DNA of 64,000 nucleotides from a virus (Duplodnaviria; Heunggongvirae; Uroviricota; Caudoviricetes): IMG/VR virus record IMGVR_UViG_3300037067_007156, positions 493,519 to 557,518 of that record; one strand, 5' to 3'. Shown piece by piece: positions 42,404 to 53,627 of this stretch (position 1 is its first letter; each line of letters starts with the position of its first letter). The notes under the pieces were generated by a model. It saw only the letters and a program-made list of their open reading frames with translations, ran no database searches and was not told where the DNA came from. The position numbers and the translations under genes were made by a program.

Positions 42404-43033
42404 ATGAAAGCTGAACTACAAGAAAAATTATTATCTAAATATCCAGAGTTTTTCTCTTATATGGATAAGGATATACCTATTTATACATCGGATGATATTA
42501 TCGATAATGTCAAAAAATTATCAAAACAGAAAAAAATAGTTGTTCCTATACAGTTTGGTGTCGAAACAGGTGATGGGTGGTATTTTATTTTAGATTCTCT
42601 GATGGGGGCAATTAAAAATTATATTGACAATTATAATAAATATAGTCAACCTCAAATAAAAAATGATAATTTAAAAAAATATGTTCAAAAAATAAAATAT
42701 CATAGAAAAAATTTTTTAAGATTATTTGGTAATATTTTATTTAAAATCGCCAAAAAAGAAACGTCACATTTATCTCTTCAAGTTACACAAATAAAGGAAA
42801 AATATGGAAGTTTGTCTTTTTATTACAATGGTGGTGATAATATAATAGACGGTATGGTTTCGTTAGCTGAACATCAATCTTTTATGGTATGCGAATATTG
42901 TGGCACAACTGAAAATATTGGACACACTCAGGGTTGGATATCAACTATATGTAAAACTTGTCACAGTAAAATTGATAATAGAAAAAATTTAAAATGGATA
43001 CCAGTTGGACAGTCGTTATATGAAGAATATTAA
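42404..43033 (+). CDS. phage zinc-finger hypothetical protein
   Basis: GDGW, QIKEKYGSL, CEYCG...CKTC. Confidence 0.7.
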   Translation: MKAELQEKLLSKYPEFFSYMDKDIPIYTSDDIIDNVKKLSKQKKIVVPIQFGVETGDGWYFILDSLMGAIKNYIDNYNKYSQPQIKNDNLKKYVQKIKYHRKNFLRLFGNILFKIAKKETSHLSLQVTQIKEKYGSLSFYYNGGDNIIDGMVSLAEHQSFMVCEYCGTTENIGHTQGWISTICKTCHSKIDNRKNLKWIPVGQSLYEEY

Positions 43034-43748
43034 ACTATTTGAATATAAAAACAATTGGATAACATATTATCCATTTATTTGTGGTTTTGGATTCGCTTAC
43101 AATAAAGCTGGTTATTTAGACTCACGACCATATATTTATATTAAGTTAATAGGAGAATTATTTATTCATTTACCTTTTGATTCTAAGATATATAGTAGCT
43201 CATCCCACTTACAATATGGATTATATTATAGTGAAAAATGTCTTTGGATTAGTTTTGGTGAAAAACTTAAATCTATTCAATTATTTTGGTATAAACAATG
43301 GATTAGAACCAGTTATTTGTTAAAAGATAATACATGGTTAACTAAAACAAAAAATAATAGAATTGATGTTTCTGATTTTCGTAAAGATTTATGGAAAGAA
43401 CAAATAAATTATAAATATAAAATAAACAATGGAACTATAATAGATGTTATTGCAACTATTAATATAGAAGAACGGGAGTGGAGGTATAAAATAATCAAAT
43501 GGATAAAATTATTTCCCGATATAATAAGGTGTATCTCTATTGATTTATCTACTGATATAGGAAAAGGCAGAGGTTCGTATAAAGGTGGTATATCAGGATT
43601 TTCTATATCATATAAAAAAGGTGAAACATATGAACAAATATTGGATAGAATGGAAAAAAAACATGACCTATATTCAATTGAAAAAGAAAGAATGAAAAAA
43701 ATAAAAATAATTTATGAATTCATTTAAAATTTAACAATCTGAATTATT

Positions 43749-44503
43749 ATGATTAAAAAAATTTTAATAGATAATATGTTTAAGTTATTTGAAGAACAAA
43801 AAAATCGTGATATTGTTATGGTTAAAGTTAGTGATAGATTTATTTGGATGTATGAAAATGACTATAAAAGATATATTAGAAAACTAAAGTTAGAAGAACT
43901 AAATATTTTTGATGAGTAAATGTAAATATAAAAAAGCTGGATTTTACACAATTGTAAAAGATATCACATATTGTGTTAATATGAATAATAAATGGATTAC
44001 TATATCTGAAACGGAATATAAATTATATGAGAGAAAAATAAAAATGGAAAGATTAGAATTAATATAAAATATATAAAAAATGGATAAGTCTGAATTATTA
44101 AGTTTATTACAAAATCAATTTATGATATAAAATTGAATGGTTTTTTGAAGGATATTCCTTATGAAAACATACACTCCATGAGTAAAATTCAAAATATTTG
44201 TTTAAAAAACAAATTTTCAAATTCTACTATCAATGAAATATTTGATTTAAATACAATAATATCAAAGTATGAAAAATATGAAATTTTATTAAATAATAAA
44301 TAAATAATATTTACATTTGTTAGTACAAATGATATAATGAGTAAAAAAGGAAAATATTCACCACATATTTTTGATTGGAACGAAATTAAAATTTCAGACG
44401 ATGAATATATCGTATTACGACATGATAAATATGAAACTGTGAATAAGAAAAAATTGAGAAAACTAAAAATTGAAGATATTTTAAAAGAAGAAAACGATGT
44501 TTG
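43749..44503 (+). other. cluster of unannotated ~50-aa ORFs with RKxK tails
   Basis: ~43749-43919 ends YIRKLKLEELNIFDE; ~43912-44067 ends ERKIKMERLELI; ~44337-44503 ends LRKLKIEDILKEENDV. Confidence 0.6.
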
Positions 44504-45129
44504 ACGAAGAATTAAAAAATAAATATATTTTCGAGGAAAGATGTAAAAATGGACAGGCTTTACTTGAAAAATGGCATCCGAAACTATATAAAAAAATTAT
44601 AGAGAGGATTGAACCTTATAATTTAGCTGTATTAGGTTCTATAAATCCAGATGTTATTAATGCTGATGGTTTAGATACTTTTGAACAAATTGTTAAATTA
44701 ATAAACAGTTACTCATCACAAAAGATTGAGAAAAAACCAACCAAGAAACAACTTCAAGATAAGGGATTATTTCTTGTTAAAAAATGGAATCCTGATACAT
44801 ATGAGGAAATGATTTCTAAATTGTCGGATAAAGAAATAATGTCATTGGCTACGGCTGATAAAAAAATTATTGATTTTTATGGATTGGATAGTGTCGAGAG
44901 TATTCGTATATGTCTTAAACTATCTGAAAAACCAAAAAATTCCAATCAAAAAATAGAATTTTTCGAAGGAACTACAAACGAATTTCTTTATAACACTTTT
45001 ATCTCCTACATGAGAATGAAGCATAATGTTATTATTACTGAAATAAACGCTGATAATTTTAATTATTATTTCTTCGATGATTTGATGGATAAAATGACTG
45101 ATTTGTTTATTAATCATTCTAAAAAATAA
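44497..45129 (+). CDS. hypothetical protein with internal duplicated domain
   Basis: GQALLEKWHP...GLDTFEQI and GLFLVKKWNP...GLDSVESI. Confidence 0.65.
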   Translation: MFDEELKNKYIFEERCKNGQALLEKWHPKLYKKIIERIEPYNLAVLGSINPDVINADGLDTFEQIVKLINSYSSQKIEKKPTKKQLQDKGLFLVKKWNPDTYEEMISKLSDKEIMSLATADKKIIDFYGLDSVESIRICLKLSEKPKNSNQKIEFFEGTTNEFLYNTFISYMRMKHNVIITEINADNFNYYFFDDLMDKMTDLFINHSKK

Positions 45130-45445
45130 TAGATATGACAAATAATATTAGTATAGATAAAATTTTTTAAACTATGAATATTCAATTTGGAAGAGGAAAA
45201 ACAGAATACGGAACGGGTGTTCAAATAGATTTAACTGGTGAAGAAGTTGCAATGGCAATCTACACATACTTAATGGCTCATAATGTAATTATTGATGGTG
45301 CTGCAACTATTCGGGTTAATGGCGAAATGATAAAGGATGGTGATATGTATATTGACCCATCTGGTCGTGTAATAGCTGACGGGATTGGGTGGTCAGGACG
45401 TGGATATAAGGAGTAGACTTTTTTATTAATCATTCTAAAAAATAA
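45106..45445. repeat. 24-bp direct repeat flanking ORF 45174-45416
   Basis: TTTATTAATCATTCTAAAAAATAA at 45106-45129 and 45422-45445. Confidence 0.85.
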
Positions 45446-46415
45446 ATTTCATGACAACGATAATCGATTTTATAGGTGAAAAAGCTAAATATGACCAAAT
45501 GGGGCAAATGATATTTGGTGTGGCTAAAGACGGAAATCAACAATTATTAGCAGATTTGAGAGGCTGGGGAGCTATTCAGAATCTTTTTATGGATAAATCT
45601 GGTAAATTAGATTCTAAAAAAGCTGAAACGTTTCAAGATGAATTAGGACAATGGATTGTTGACGCTATTAATGAAAAATTAGAAAGAGAAAAAATAATTA
45701 AATAAATTATATTATGGCAATATCAAGTATTTTATTAAAAAAATTGCATATTTTATCTTTAAAAGATAATTCTGCGAATTATACCATTTCAATTAAATTT
45801 GATTTTGGTATTGAAAAAACTTATAAATTTATTCCAGAAACTTTCAATTCATTAATTGAAGACAAAGAAAAAATGAAAAGTTTTATAGCTCATACGTCGA
45901 AGTATGAAATGGAAAAATATGTTGAAATTACATATGAACTAAATTAAGATATGATAAATAAAGATGAAGTTTCTAAAAAGGAAAGAAAAAGGGGAAGTAA
46001 AAAAGAAACTTTATGTATTATACCCGAAATTCAAGAATTAGGAATATACAATACAATTTGGGAAGCTAAAAATTATAAAGAATAACACTATGCCAAAAGA
46101 TGAATGGGGAAATATAATTTCCGATGCAGAATATGACCACATATATAGAACAAGTGGTGAATGGTTTACATCTAAAGACGAATTCGGTAATATCATCCAA
46201 GTAGATGAACATGGTAATGTGAAATCGGATAATGATTAATTTTTTAAAAGGGTTATATAAAACACCTATCAAGGTTATCAACCAAGATAAAAAATTAAAC
46301 ATTTTACATATAATTCACACTGATAAACATAAGTATGTATTTAACGATTAATGAACCCATATTTTCATAATATATAATTGATACTATTAAATAGTTAAAA
46401 AATAATATATTATAA

Positions 46416-46946
46416 ATGAAAAGTGTAGAAATATTAAAAGACAACGAGTGGTTAACATTGAACCTTTTGAAATATCCAGAGAAAGATATCAACGGTTATG
46501 TTTATTCCCATGAGAAAAGATGTAATGGTAAGATTGTTTCAATTATGCCTTACAAAAAAACAAAAAATGGGATAGAATATATGTTAAGAAAGGAAGTCAC
46601 ACCACCTTGGCATGTTGATAAAGAAATTATATCCAGTATAACTGGTGGTGTTGAAAAAGATGATGTATTAGAAACTGCTCAACACGAAATATTGGAAGAA
46701 GCTGGATATACAGTATCTCAAAAAGATTTAATATCTTTAGGAACATCATTTGGAACAAAAAGTTCGGACACGGTATATTATTATTTTACAGTTGATGTAA
46801 CCGAACTAAAAAGAGAAATAGCAAAGGGTGATGGTTCAGAACTCGAAAGAAAGGCAGAATGTATCTGGTCAAAAAACATAGATAAAGCTGAAGACCCATT
46901 GGTATATGTACTATATTATAGATTAAATAAACATTTAAATATTTAA
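46416..46946 (+). CDS. Nudix hydrolase
   Basis: GGVEKDDVLETAQHEILEEAGY Nudix box. Confidence 0.85.
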   Translation: MKSVEILKDNEWLTLNLLKYPEKDINGYVYSHEKRCNGKIVSIMPYKKTKNGIEYMLRKEVTPPWHVDKEIISSITGGVEKDDVLETAQHEILEEAGYTVSQKDLISLGTSFGTKSSDTVYYYFTVDVTELKREIAKGDGSELERKAECIWSKNIDKAEDPLVYVLYYRLNKHLNI

Positions 46947-46950
46947 AATA

Positions 46951-48069
46951 ATGGATTTTGTACCCAATTTTAATATCGATGAAGATAAATTTGATATTGT
47001 AGTTTTAGATAAATTTAATATTAGATTTGATATAGAGGGAGGTGATTATTTATCAGCATCATGTAATGCTTATACTGGTAAATATGTTGCATTTGATGTT
47101 TGTTATTGTAACAATAAAAAATCAATTATTCCATTTGAAATTATTAATAATAATTTAAATAAAATTATTGATGTATATTTTGAATATTTTAATGCGGTAT
47201 CTGATGAACCTTTGTTTAAAATTCATTTAACAGATTTTAAATTTATTGGGTATTTAAATTTATTAGGTGCTTTCAATGATGCTAAATTAGATGAATATAC
47301 CATTAGAGATATAACATTTGGTGGAGATGACGATGAAATAATGTTATCAAATTATAATTATTTTAATTATATAAGTGAGGATGATAAGGATACGGTGAAA
47401 GTGTTTTATACATTTTCAGGTTTTTGTTTTGAAAATTGTGATATTAATAAAACTCGGATGGATAAAATTGATATTATAACTGAATCTTCGAAAATTATTA
47501 ATCATTTTATTGGAAAAGAACACATATTAGTTTTTGGTGAAAATTTTGAAATAAAAAAAGTGGAATAAAGTATGCCATTACTACCACATTATAGTAATTT
47601 TGGAAATCTTTTGGTACATTGTGATGTTATTTATAAACAAAGATTTGAAGTTATTTTTAGTATAGATGGTGGTGATATATTATCTTCTTCGTTATCCGAA
47701 ATGACACATAATTATATGTTATTCAACGAAAATTATGATACTAAAAATAATGTTTATCACTCATTTGAAATACTTAATAAGTACATAGGTAAACCTATTG
47801 GTGTTAAAATTAAATTTCTTAATAAAGAAGGTGATGTGATGTTTTATTTTAAAATACACGATTTTTGTTTTACTGGATATTCCAATTTTTTCAATTTGAG
47901 TTATAAAGAAGATGATATCAGGCACACGAAAGTACTTTATACTTGTAGTGGGTTCGAATATTTTAATGAGAATGATATTAAAAAAGTCAGAATGAATAAA
48001 ATATCTGAAATATTTGATGAAAAAAGAAGTCCAGTAAATATAATTAAAATAGATAATTTGTTTGAATAA
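46951..48069 (+). other. two paralogous ORFs (46951-47568, 47572-48069), possibly degenerate tail-tube-like, with RMxK tags
   Basis: shared GGDxLS, DFxFxGY, KVxYTxSGF..NxxDIxKxRMxKI. Confidence 0.55.
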
Positions 48070-48112
48070 TACAGGATATTTTAATATATAGAATAAATTT
48101 TTTTAAATAATA

Positions 48113-48865
48113 ATGAAAGAATTTGAATTTTTCAATAAACATACTAATACATTTAATCAATTTTTAAATTTAACAATGAAGGAAGGACTGATTAATTCGG
48201 TATCTTATGAAGTTTTCATTGAAAAATTAACAACAATTTTATTAAAATATACAAGTAATGATTATTTTTTCATTGACAATAAAAATGATGAATATGTATA
48301 TCTAAATTTAATTTTAGTAGGATTGAATAAAAAAGAAAAATATAATCTTTTCAAAGAAATACAATCTTTTCTTAATAATTCTGGATATTTCATTTCTCAA
48401 GTTGTTAATGATAATGGTTTTAAAATCGATATGGTTAATTTAGAAATAAATAATGAGTTACATATTTTTTTTAATAAAAGATTTGATATACCAACTAATA
48501 CTCCGAATATCTTATATCATACAACATTAAAAGAATATTATGATAATAAAATAAAAAATATAGGTTTAATACCTAAAACTCAAAAAATGGTGTCCGATGA
48601 TTTAGAAAGATTGTATTTCACTGATAATTTAAATGATGCCGAAAAATTCATAGATTTGAAATATATAACGTTACGTAAAAAGTATAAGAATATTAGTATG
48701 TTTAAAAATATAGATTTGAAAAAGTGGACAATTTTAGCTATTGATGTAAAATCCCTTGGTGATATAAAAATATATAAAGATACAAAAATGGAAAATTCAT
48801 ACTATACATATCAAACAATACCACCATATTCAATAAGAATTGAAAAAGAAATAATTTTACCATGA
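48113..48865 (+). CDS. putative head-packaged ADP-ribosyltransferase/Tpt1-fold protein
   Basis: TFNQFL..MKE; LYHTT...IKNIGLIP, LYFT, YTYQTIPP; TAATATATA 48082-48090. Confidence 0.5.
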   Translation: MKEFEFFNKHTNTFNQFLNLTMKEGLINSVSYEVFIEKLTTILLKYTSNDYFFIDNKNDEYVYLNLILVGLNKKEKYNLFKEIQSFLNNSGYFISQVVNDNGFKIDMVNLEINNELHIFFNKRFDIPTNTPNILYHTTLKEYYDNKIKNIGLIPKTQKMVSDDLERLYFTDNLNDAEKFIDLKYITLRKKYKNISMFKNIDLKKWTILAIDVKSLGDIKIYKDTKMENSYYTYQTIPPYSIRIEKEIILP

Positions 48866-49203
48866 TAGTTTATTCAGAAAAGTTTGTCAAAATTATAACA
48901 TTTGGTTTCGCCAGAGCTATAACAATCTACCCGTTTGTCTTATTAAGACATAAAGAAGATTTAAAAAATAATATGTTATTAAATCACGAGAGAATACATC
49001 TGACTCAACAAAAAGAGATGTATATTATCGGATTTTATGTTTTATATGTTTATTATTTTTTTAAATTAAGAAAATATATTAATAATAACACGTTGGCTTA
49101 TCGTGCCATTCCTTTTGAAAAAGAAGCTAAAATTAATGAAACGAATTTGGCTTATTTAAAAGACAGGAAAAAATATAATTGGAAAAAATATCGATGTTAT
49201 TAA
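48862..49203 (+). CDS. HExxH metallopeptidase-like membrane protein
   Basis: LNHERIH..QQKE, YRAIPFEKEA. Confidence 0.65.
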   Translation: MIVYSEKFVKIITFGFARAITIYPFVLLRHKEDLKNNMLLNHERIHLTQQKEMYIIGFYVLYVYYFFKLRKYINNNTLAYRAIPFEKEAKINETNLAYLKDRKKYNWKKYRCY

Positions 49204-49205
49204 AT

Positions 49206-49234
49206 AAAAAAGTTGTGTAAAACACAACTTTTTT
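49206..49234. terminator. intrinsic terminator
   Basis: AAAAAAGTTGTGT-AAA-ACACAACTTTTTT. Confidence 0.75.
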
Positions 49235-49249
49235 CATTTTAGGTAATAT

Positions 49250-49657
49250 ATGAAATCAAAACATATATTTATAATGAGATTTTTAAAAGATATTTCTAAA
49301 AACATTCAGGTCTATATAGCGTCACCGTACACATCTGGTGATGTAATGTTTAATGTCAAATTTCAAATCGATACTTATGATGAGTTGGTAAAATTAGGAT
49401 TTTTTCCAATCTCACCACTTCATCCTCATTTACAACAAATTGTTCATCCATTATCATACGAAATATGGATGAATATAGATAAAATACATGTATTCAAATC
49501 AGACTGTTTATTGAGATTGGGTGGTAAATCTGACGGTGCAGATAGAGAAGTTCAATGGGCAAAAGAATGGGGTAAACCTATTTTTTATTCTATTGAAGAA
49601 CTTGTTGAATATTATAAAGAATATTTTTCCAAATTAGAAACAATTGAAATTATATAA
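49250..49657 (+). CDS. nucleoside deoxyribosyltransferase-like (DUF4406/DUF1937-like) protein
   Basis: VYIASPYT, SDGADREV. Confidence 0.7.
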   Translation: MKSKHIFIMRFLKDISKNIQVYIASPYTSGDVMFNVKFQIDTYDELVKLGFFPISPLHPHLQQIVHPLSYEIWMNIDKIHVFKSDCLLRLGGKSDGADREVQWAKEWGKPIFYSIEELVEYYKEYFSKLETIEII

Positions 49658-49920
49658 TATGAAAAACTATAATGATTTTAAGAAAGATAAGAATAGTGTA
49701 GATTTATCAAATGAAGAATTGAAAAATATAAATTGGACTAAATTTAAAATCGTTGTTCCAAGAGAAGAAGATAAATTAGAGTTAATGGAAGCATTCAAAC
49801 ACATTCATTATTCTGATATAGATACCGATTTAATAACAGTTAACCAATTAGTTCATGAATATTTGGAGGGGATTAATATAATTGTGGATGAATCTATTTA
49901 TAATAAATTAAATTCGTAAT

Positions 49921-50343
49921 ATGTTTGATGATTTTAAATTTCCAAGAGTTGGTGTTGCAGTTATTATTAAAGATAAATCCGGTAGGATTTTAATAGGTAA
50001 AAGAGTTTCAGAACATGGTTATGGTACATGGTCAATACCGGGTGGTCATTTAGAAAAATTCGAAACACCAGAAGAATGTGCTATACGAGAAACTGAAGAA
50101 GAAACTGGTATTATTATTGAATCACTTAAACCAGATATTTTTGTTAATAATTTCTTTAAAGAAACTAACAAACATTATATAACTCTATATTTTATTGCTC
50201 AAAAATGGAGTGGTATTCCAGAATTAAAAGAACCCAATAAAATTGGGGAATGGACATTTTGTGATATTAATGAATTACCTGATAATTTATTTTCACCTTT
50301 TGGTAATTATATAAACATTAAGAGTAATGGCTGCGATAACTAA
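49921..50343 (+). CDS. Nudix hydrolase (MutT/NUDT15-like)
   Basis: [36 protein letters not shown]. Confidence 0.92.
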   Translation: MFDDFKFPRVGVAVIIKDKSGRILIGKRVSEHGYGTWSIPGGHLEKFETPEECAIRETEEETGIIIESLKPDIFVNNFFKETNKHYITLYFIAQKWSGIPELKEPNKIGEWTFCDINELPDNLFSPFGNYINIKSNGCDN

Positions 50344-51818
50344 ATCTTTTTTGTGCGGTAATTATAAATAAATTTGAAAATTTAAATTTAAAATATTATG
50401 AAATTAGGTGAATTTATAGAAAGTTTTGTAGAACCAAACTCAATAGTAAGGTTGGTTTATAAACATAAAGGTGGTCACGAAACCGTATTGAATACTTGGA
50501 ATGATGTTAGCATGGAATGGGAAATATTGAAAAGAAAAGGTCAAAATAGACATTTTATAAATAATAAAGTGATTGGAATATCTTGTATTACAGGTATGGA
50601 ACAACATTCTGATGCAATTAATATTGTAATTGAAAAGTTAGAAAAACAACCCTTTCTTAAAGAAGTTATTTAATAATAAATAAATATGGGCATATTAGAT
50701 TTTTTAATTGATAAAGATAATGGAAAACCAAAGTCTGATATGGAATATATTTACCGTTTAGATATGGTGTGGACACCAAATGAACTCGGTGACAAACCAA
50801 TTAAAAAGGGAACAATAGTAACCAATGTGGTTCAGCTTAAAAATAAAAGTTACGAATTTCTTAATAAAGAAACTGGTGAAGTATTAAAAACAAATTATGC
50901 ATGGGCTTTAGCTGAGAATACACCTGAAAATGTAGAAAGAATTGAAATTTACGAAAAAGAATATAAGAAATTCAAAGAACATGAAAAGTTAATCAATTCA
51001 TTGAGAATTGAAATTATAACTTTAAAAAGTGAAGGTGAAAAAAGAAAAGAGAACGATATTACAGATGAACTTTCAATTGAAATGTAAATGTAAGTATTAT
51101 TGATAACGTTGGTGTTATGGATAGTTTCCGAATGCGGGTTTGTTTTCTTATCAAATTAGTACAAACAATAGTAAATAACTATTATCTGATAGTATTTTTA
51201 ATATTAATTTAAAAATAAAATATGAAAACATTGATTAACACATTAAGAGTTTGGAATACAATAAGAAAATATCCAGCAATATTTAAAGTAGTTGAAGATA
51301 TTTTTAAGTTTGTTGAAAGAGTGCATAAAGAAAAAAGACCAATGGTAACTAAAATTGTTCTTTTAAATATGACAGATGGAACTAAATTAGATGATTTTGT
51401 TTCTTTATGGGCAGGAATAGGCGAAGCAAGTCCAATCGAAAGATGTAGTCATTTAAAAGCACAAAACGAAGAGCTTAAAAGATTATTAATACTTGCAAGT
51501 TCTGGTAATTTATCAAACGAAGATAAACAAATGATTGAAATAACATTAAAATATTTTGAATAATCGAATACTGCTTTGTTTGCAATTAACTGCTAATATA
51601 TAAATATAAAAAGCCAGTCAAAATTTTTTGGTTATTCATTATTTTCAATATATTATATATTCTCACAGTGAATGTATAAAAATTAAAGATTGAATTTTTT
51701 CTATTTTTAATTTTTGGTTTATAGCGCAAAAATTAAACTATAAATATTATAAAAAAATTATGTAACAATTATTTAATATATAAGTTTATACGATATGAAA
51801 AAATAGGTTATATTATAT

Positions 51819-52313
51819 ATGTTTAACACAATAAAATCCTTTAGAGTTTTTGAAAGTGAATTGACACAGGTTCAGTCAGGTACAACACAAGTTCAAAATG
51901 AACCGGATATTACAATGACGATTGATAAAAATGTTAAATTACCTAAAGATATTGTTATTGCTGTTGATAATGCTTCTGATGAATTAATTGGTAGACTAAA
52001 AGAAGAATTATCTTTATTAGGAAAAAAAAATAAAACAAAAAATATTCGACCAGTATCGATAAAAGGTTTTATAGATAAAGAAGATACTTATTTATTAAAA
52101 TATACTGAGCTGGAAGTTCAAATGAATACTTCAGATGTAATTAAAGGCACATATACATTAGATATTAAAAAAAATTCTAATATAAAAATTGAGTTGAATG
52201 ATGTTTTAGTGTTTGATTTAGTACATGATACATATACTGAGAATACACTTATTGATAAAATTATTTTTATTTATAAAAGTTATCTTAAAAATAATAATTG
52301 GAAACTTAAATGA
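51819..52313 (+). CDS. putative internal head protein
   Basis: starts MFNTIKSFRVFESE. Confidence 0.55.
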   Translation: MFNTIKSFRVFESELTQVQSGTTQVQNEPDITMTIDKNVKLPKDIVIAVDNASDELIGRLKEELSLLGKKNKTKNIRPVSIKGFIDKEDTYLLKYTELEVQMNTSDVIKGTYTLDIKKNSNIKIELNDVLVFDLVHDTYTENTLIDKIIFIYKSYLKNNNWKLK

Positions 52314-53137
52314 AATCTTTTAAATGTTTTATAAAAGAAAATGTTTCAAATGAAATAATAATCCCAAAAGGTGGTAGGTTATTTCATGGTTCATTGGAAG
52401 ATTTTATTGAAGCTGATTTATCTGTTGGTGGATATGATAAAATTTTATGGACTGCTAAAGAACCAGCTATTGCACAATCTTATATACCAAAGGCTGGCTT
52501 AACTATGTATGTGTCTTCTAAAACAGTTGCTAACCCTTCTAAAAATGAATATATTCAAGATTTACAAAAATATCTTGGGTTTGAATATGATATGAATAAA
52601 GTGGAATGGGATAATATAAACCGTCCTAAGTCGTATTTTGCACCAAAAGGGTGGCATGGAAAATCGCCGTTACCAACGGAAGATGAAATATATCAATTAT
52701 TGAAAGAAAAGGGATTTAAAGAAAGAAATTATGATTTGTGGATAATTTATGCTGGTAAAAATAAAAATAAAATTTTATTACCTTCAGAAAAAAATTATGG
52801 TCGATTGTTTATATTAACAGCTAAAGAACCTGTTAAATTTTACGATACAACAATGGGTGGTGATAGAGAAGGTGATTTAACTGATTTAGACTATCATAAA
52901 TTAGATTGGTTTAAAACAGTACAAGATAAAGGTTATGACGGTATTATAATAAATGATTTCGCTCAAATAGATGATATGGGCAATTTCGGTCATATTAGTT
53001 ACGGAATCTTTAAAGATTCTATTAAAAAATTTGAATGGGTGACAATACCTGCCACCCATCCAGAAAATTTTAGTGAAAATAATTACAAAACTGGTAATTA
53101 TAATACACCGGAATACGAAGAATTTTTAAAAGGTTAG
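52310..53137 (+). CDS. putative head-packaged ADP-ribosyltransferase-fold protein
   Basis: MKSFKCFIKE start; LFHGS, LWTA..PAIAQSY, GYDGIIIND. Confidence 0.5.
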   Translation: MKSFKCFIKENVSNEIIIPKGGRLFHGSLEDFIEADLSVGGYDKILWTAKEPAIAQSYIPKAGLTMYVSSKTVANPSKNEYIQDLQKYLGFEYDMNKVEWDNINRPKSYFAPKGWHGKSPLPTEDEIYQLLKEKGFKERNYDLWIIYAGKNKNKILLPSEKNYGRLFILTAKEPVKFYDTTMGGDREGDLTDLDYHKLDWFKTVQDKGYDGIIINDFAQIDDMGNFGHISYGIFKDSIKKFEWVTIPATHPENFSENNYKTGNYNTPEYEEFLKG

Positions 53138-53627
53138 TTTTTATTATAAAATTTTTGTAGAATTATATCTTTTCTGTTTACCCAACAATTGAGTATGTTC
53201 ATTAAATTTTCTAACTGTGTGATATGTAAATTACCTATAATATCATCATCAATAACCACATCTTTTTTAAGTAAAAAAATGGGAACAATTAAATAGAAAT
53301 CTATTATTTGGTAATCCAGATTTAGGTTAGTGAAATAACATAACTTAGAAAATTTAGTATACGTAGGAAATAATACACTATTTTTAAAAATTAGTAGGTC
53401 AGGTTTAACAATACCTTGGCTTTTCAACCAAGAATTCATAATCCTGTTTTTAGGTGTGAAATCAACCAGATATTTTTCTTTCTTTAATACATCTAACAAT
53501 GTTTCTGATTGGTTTAATTGGTTATTAGAAAATGAGTGTGAATTTTCATCACACTCATTTTTTAGATAATCAAACAATTTAACGATGGTGTTAATTGTGT
53601 TTTCCATATAGAGAACTGGTTAAGGGG

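Noticed and set aside
51095-51600. attC-like cassette sites around ORF 51222-51563
   Set aside because: Only short TAAC-type matches and weak palindromes; no integrase in view, so not supportable.
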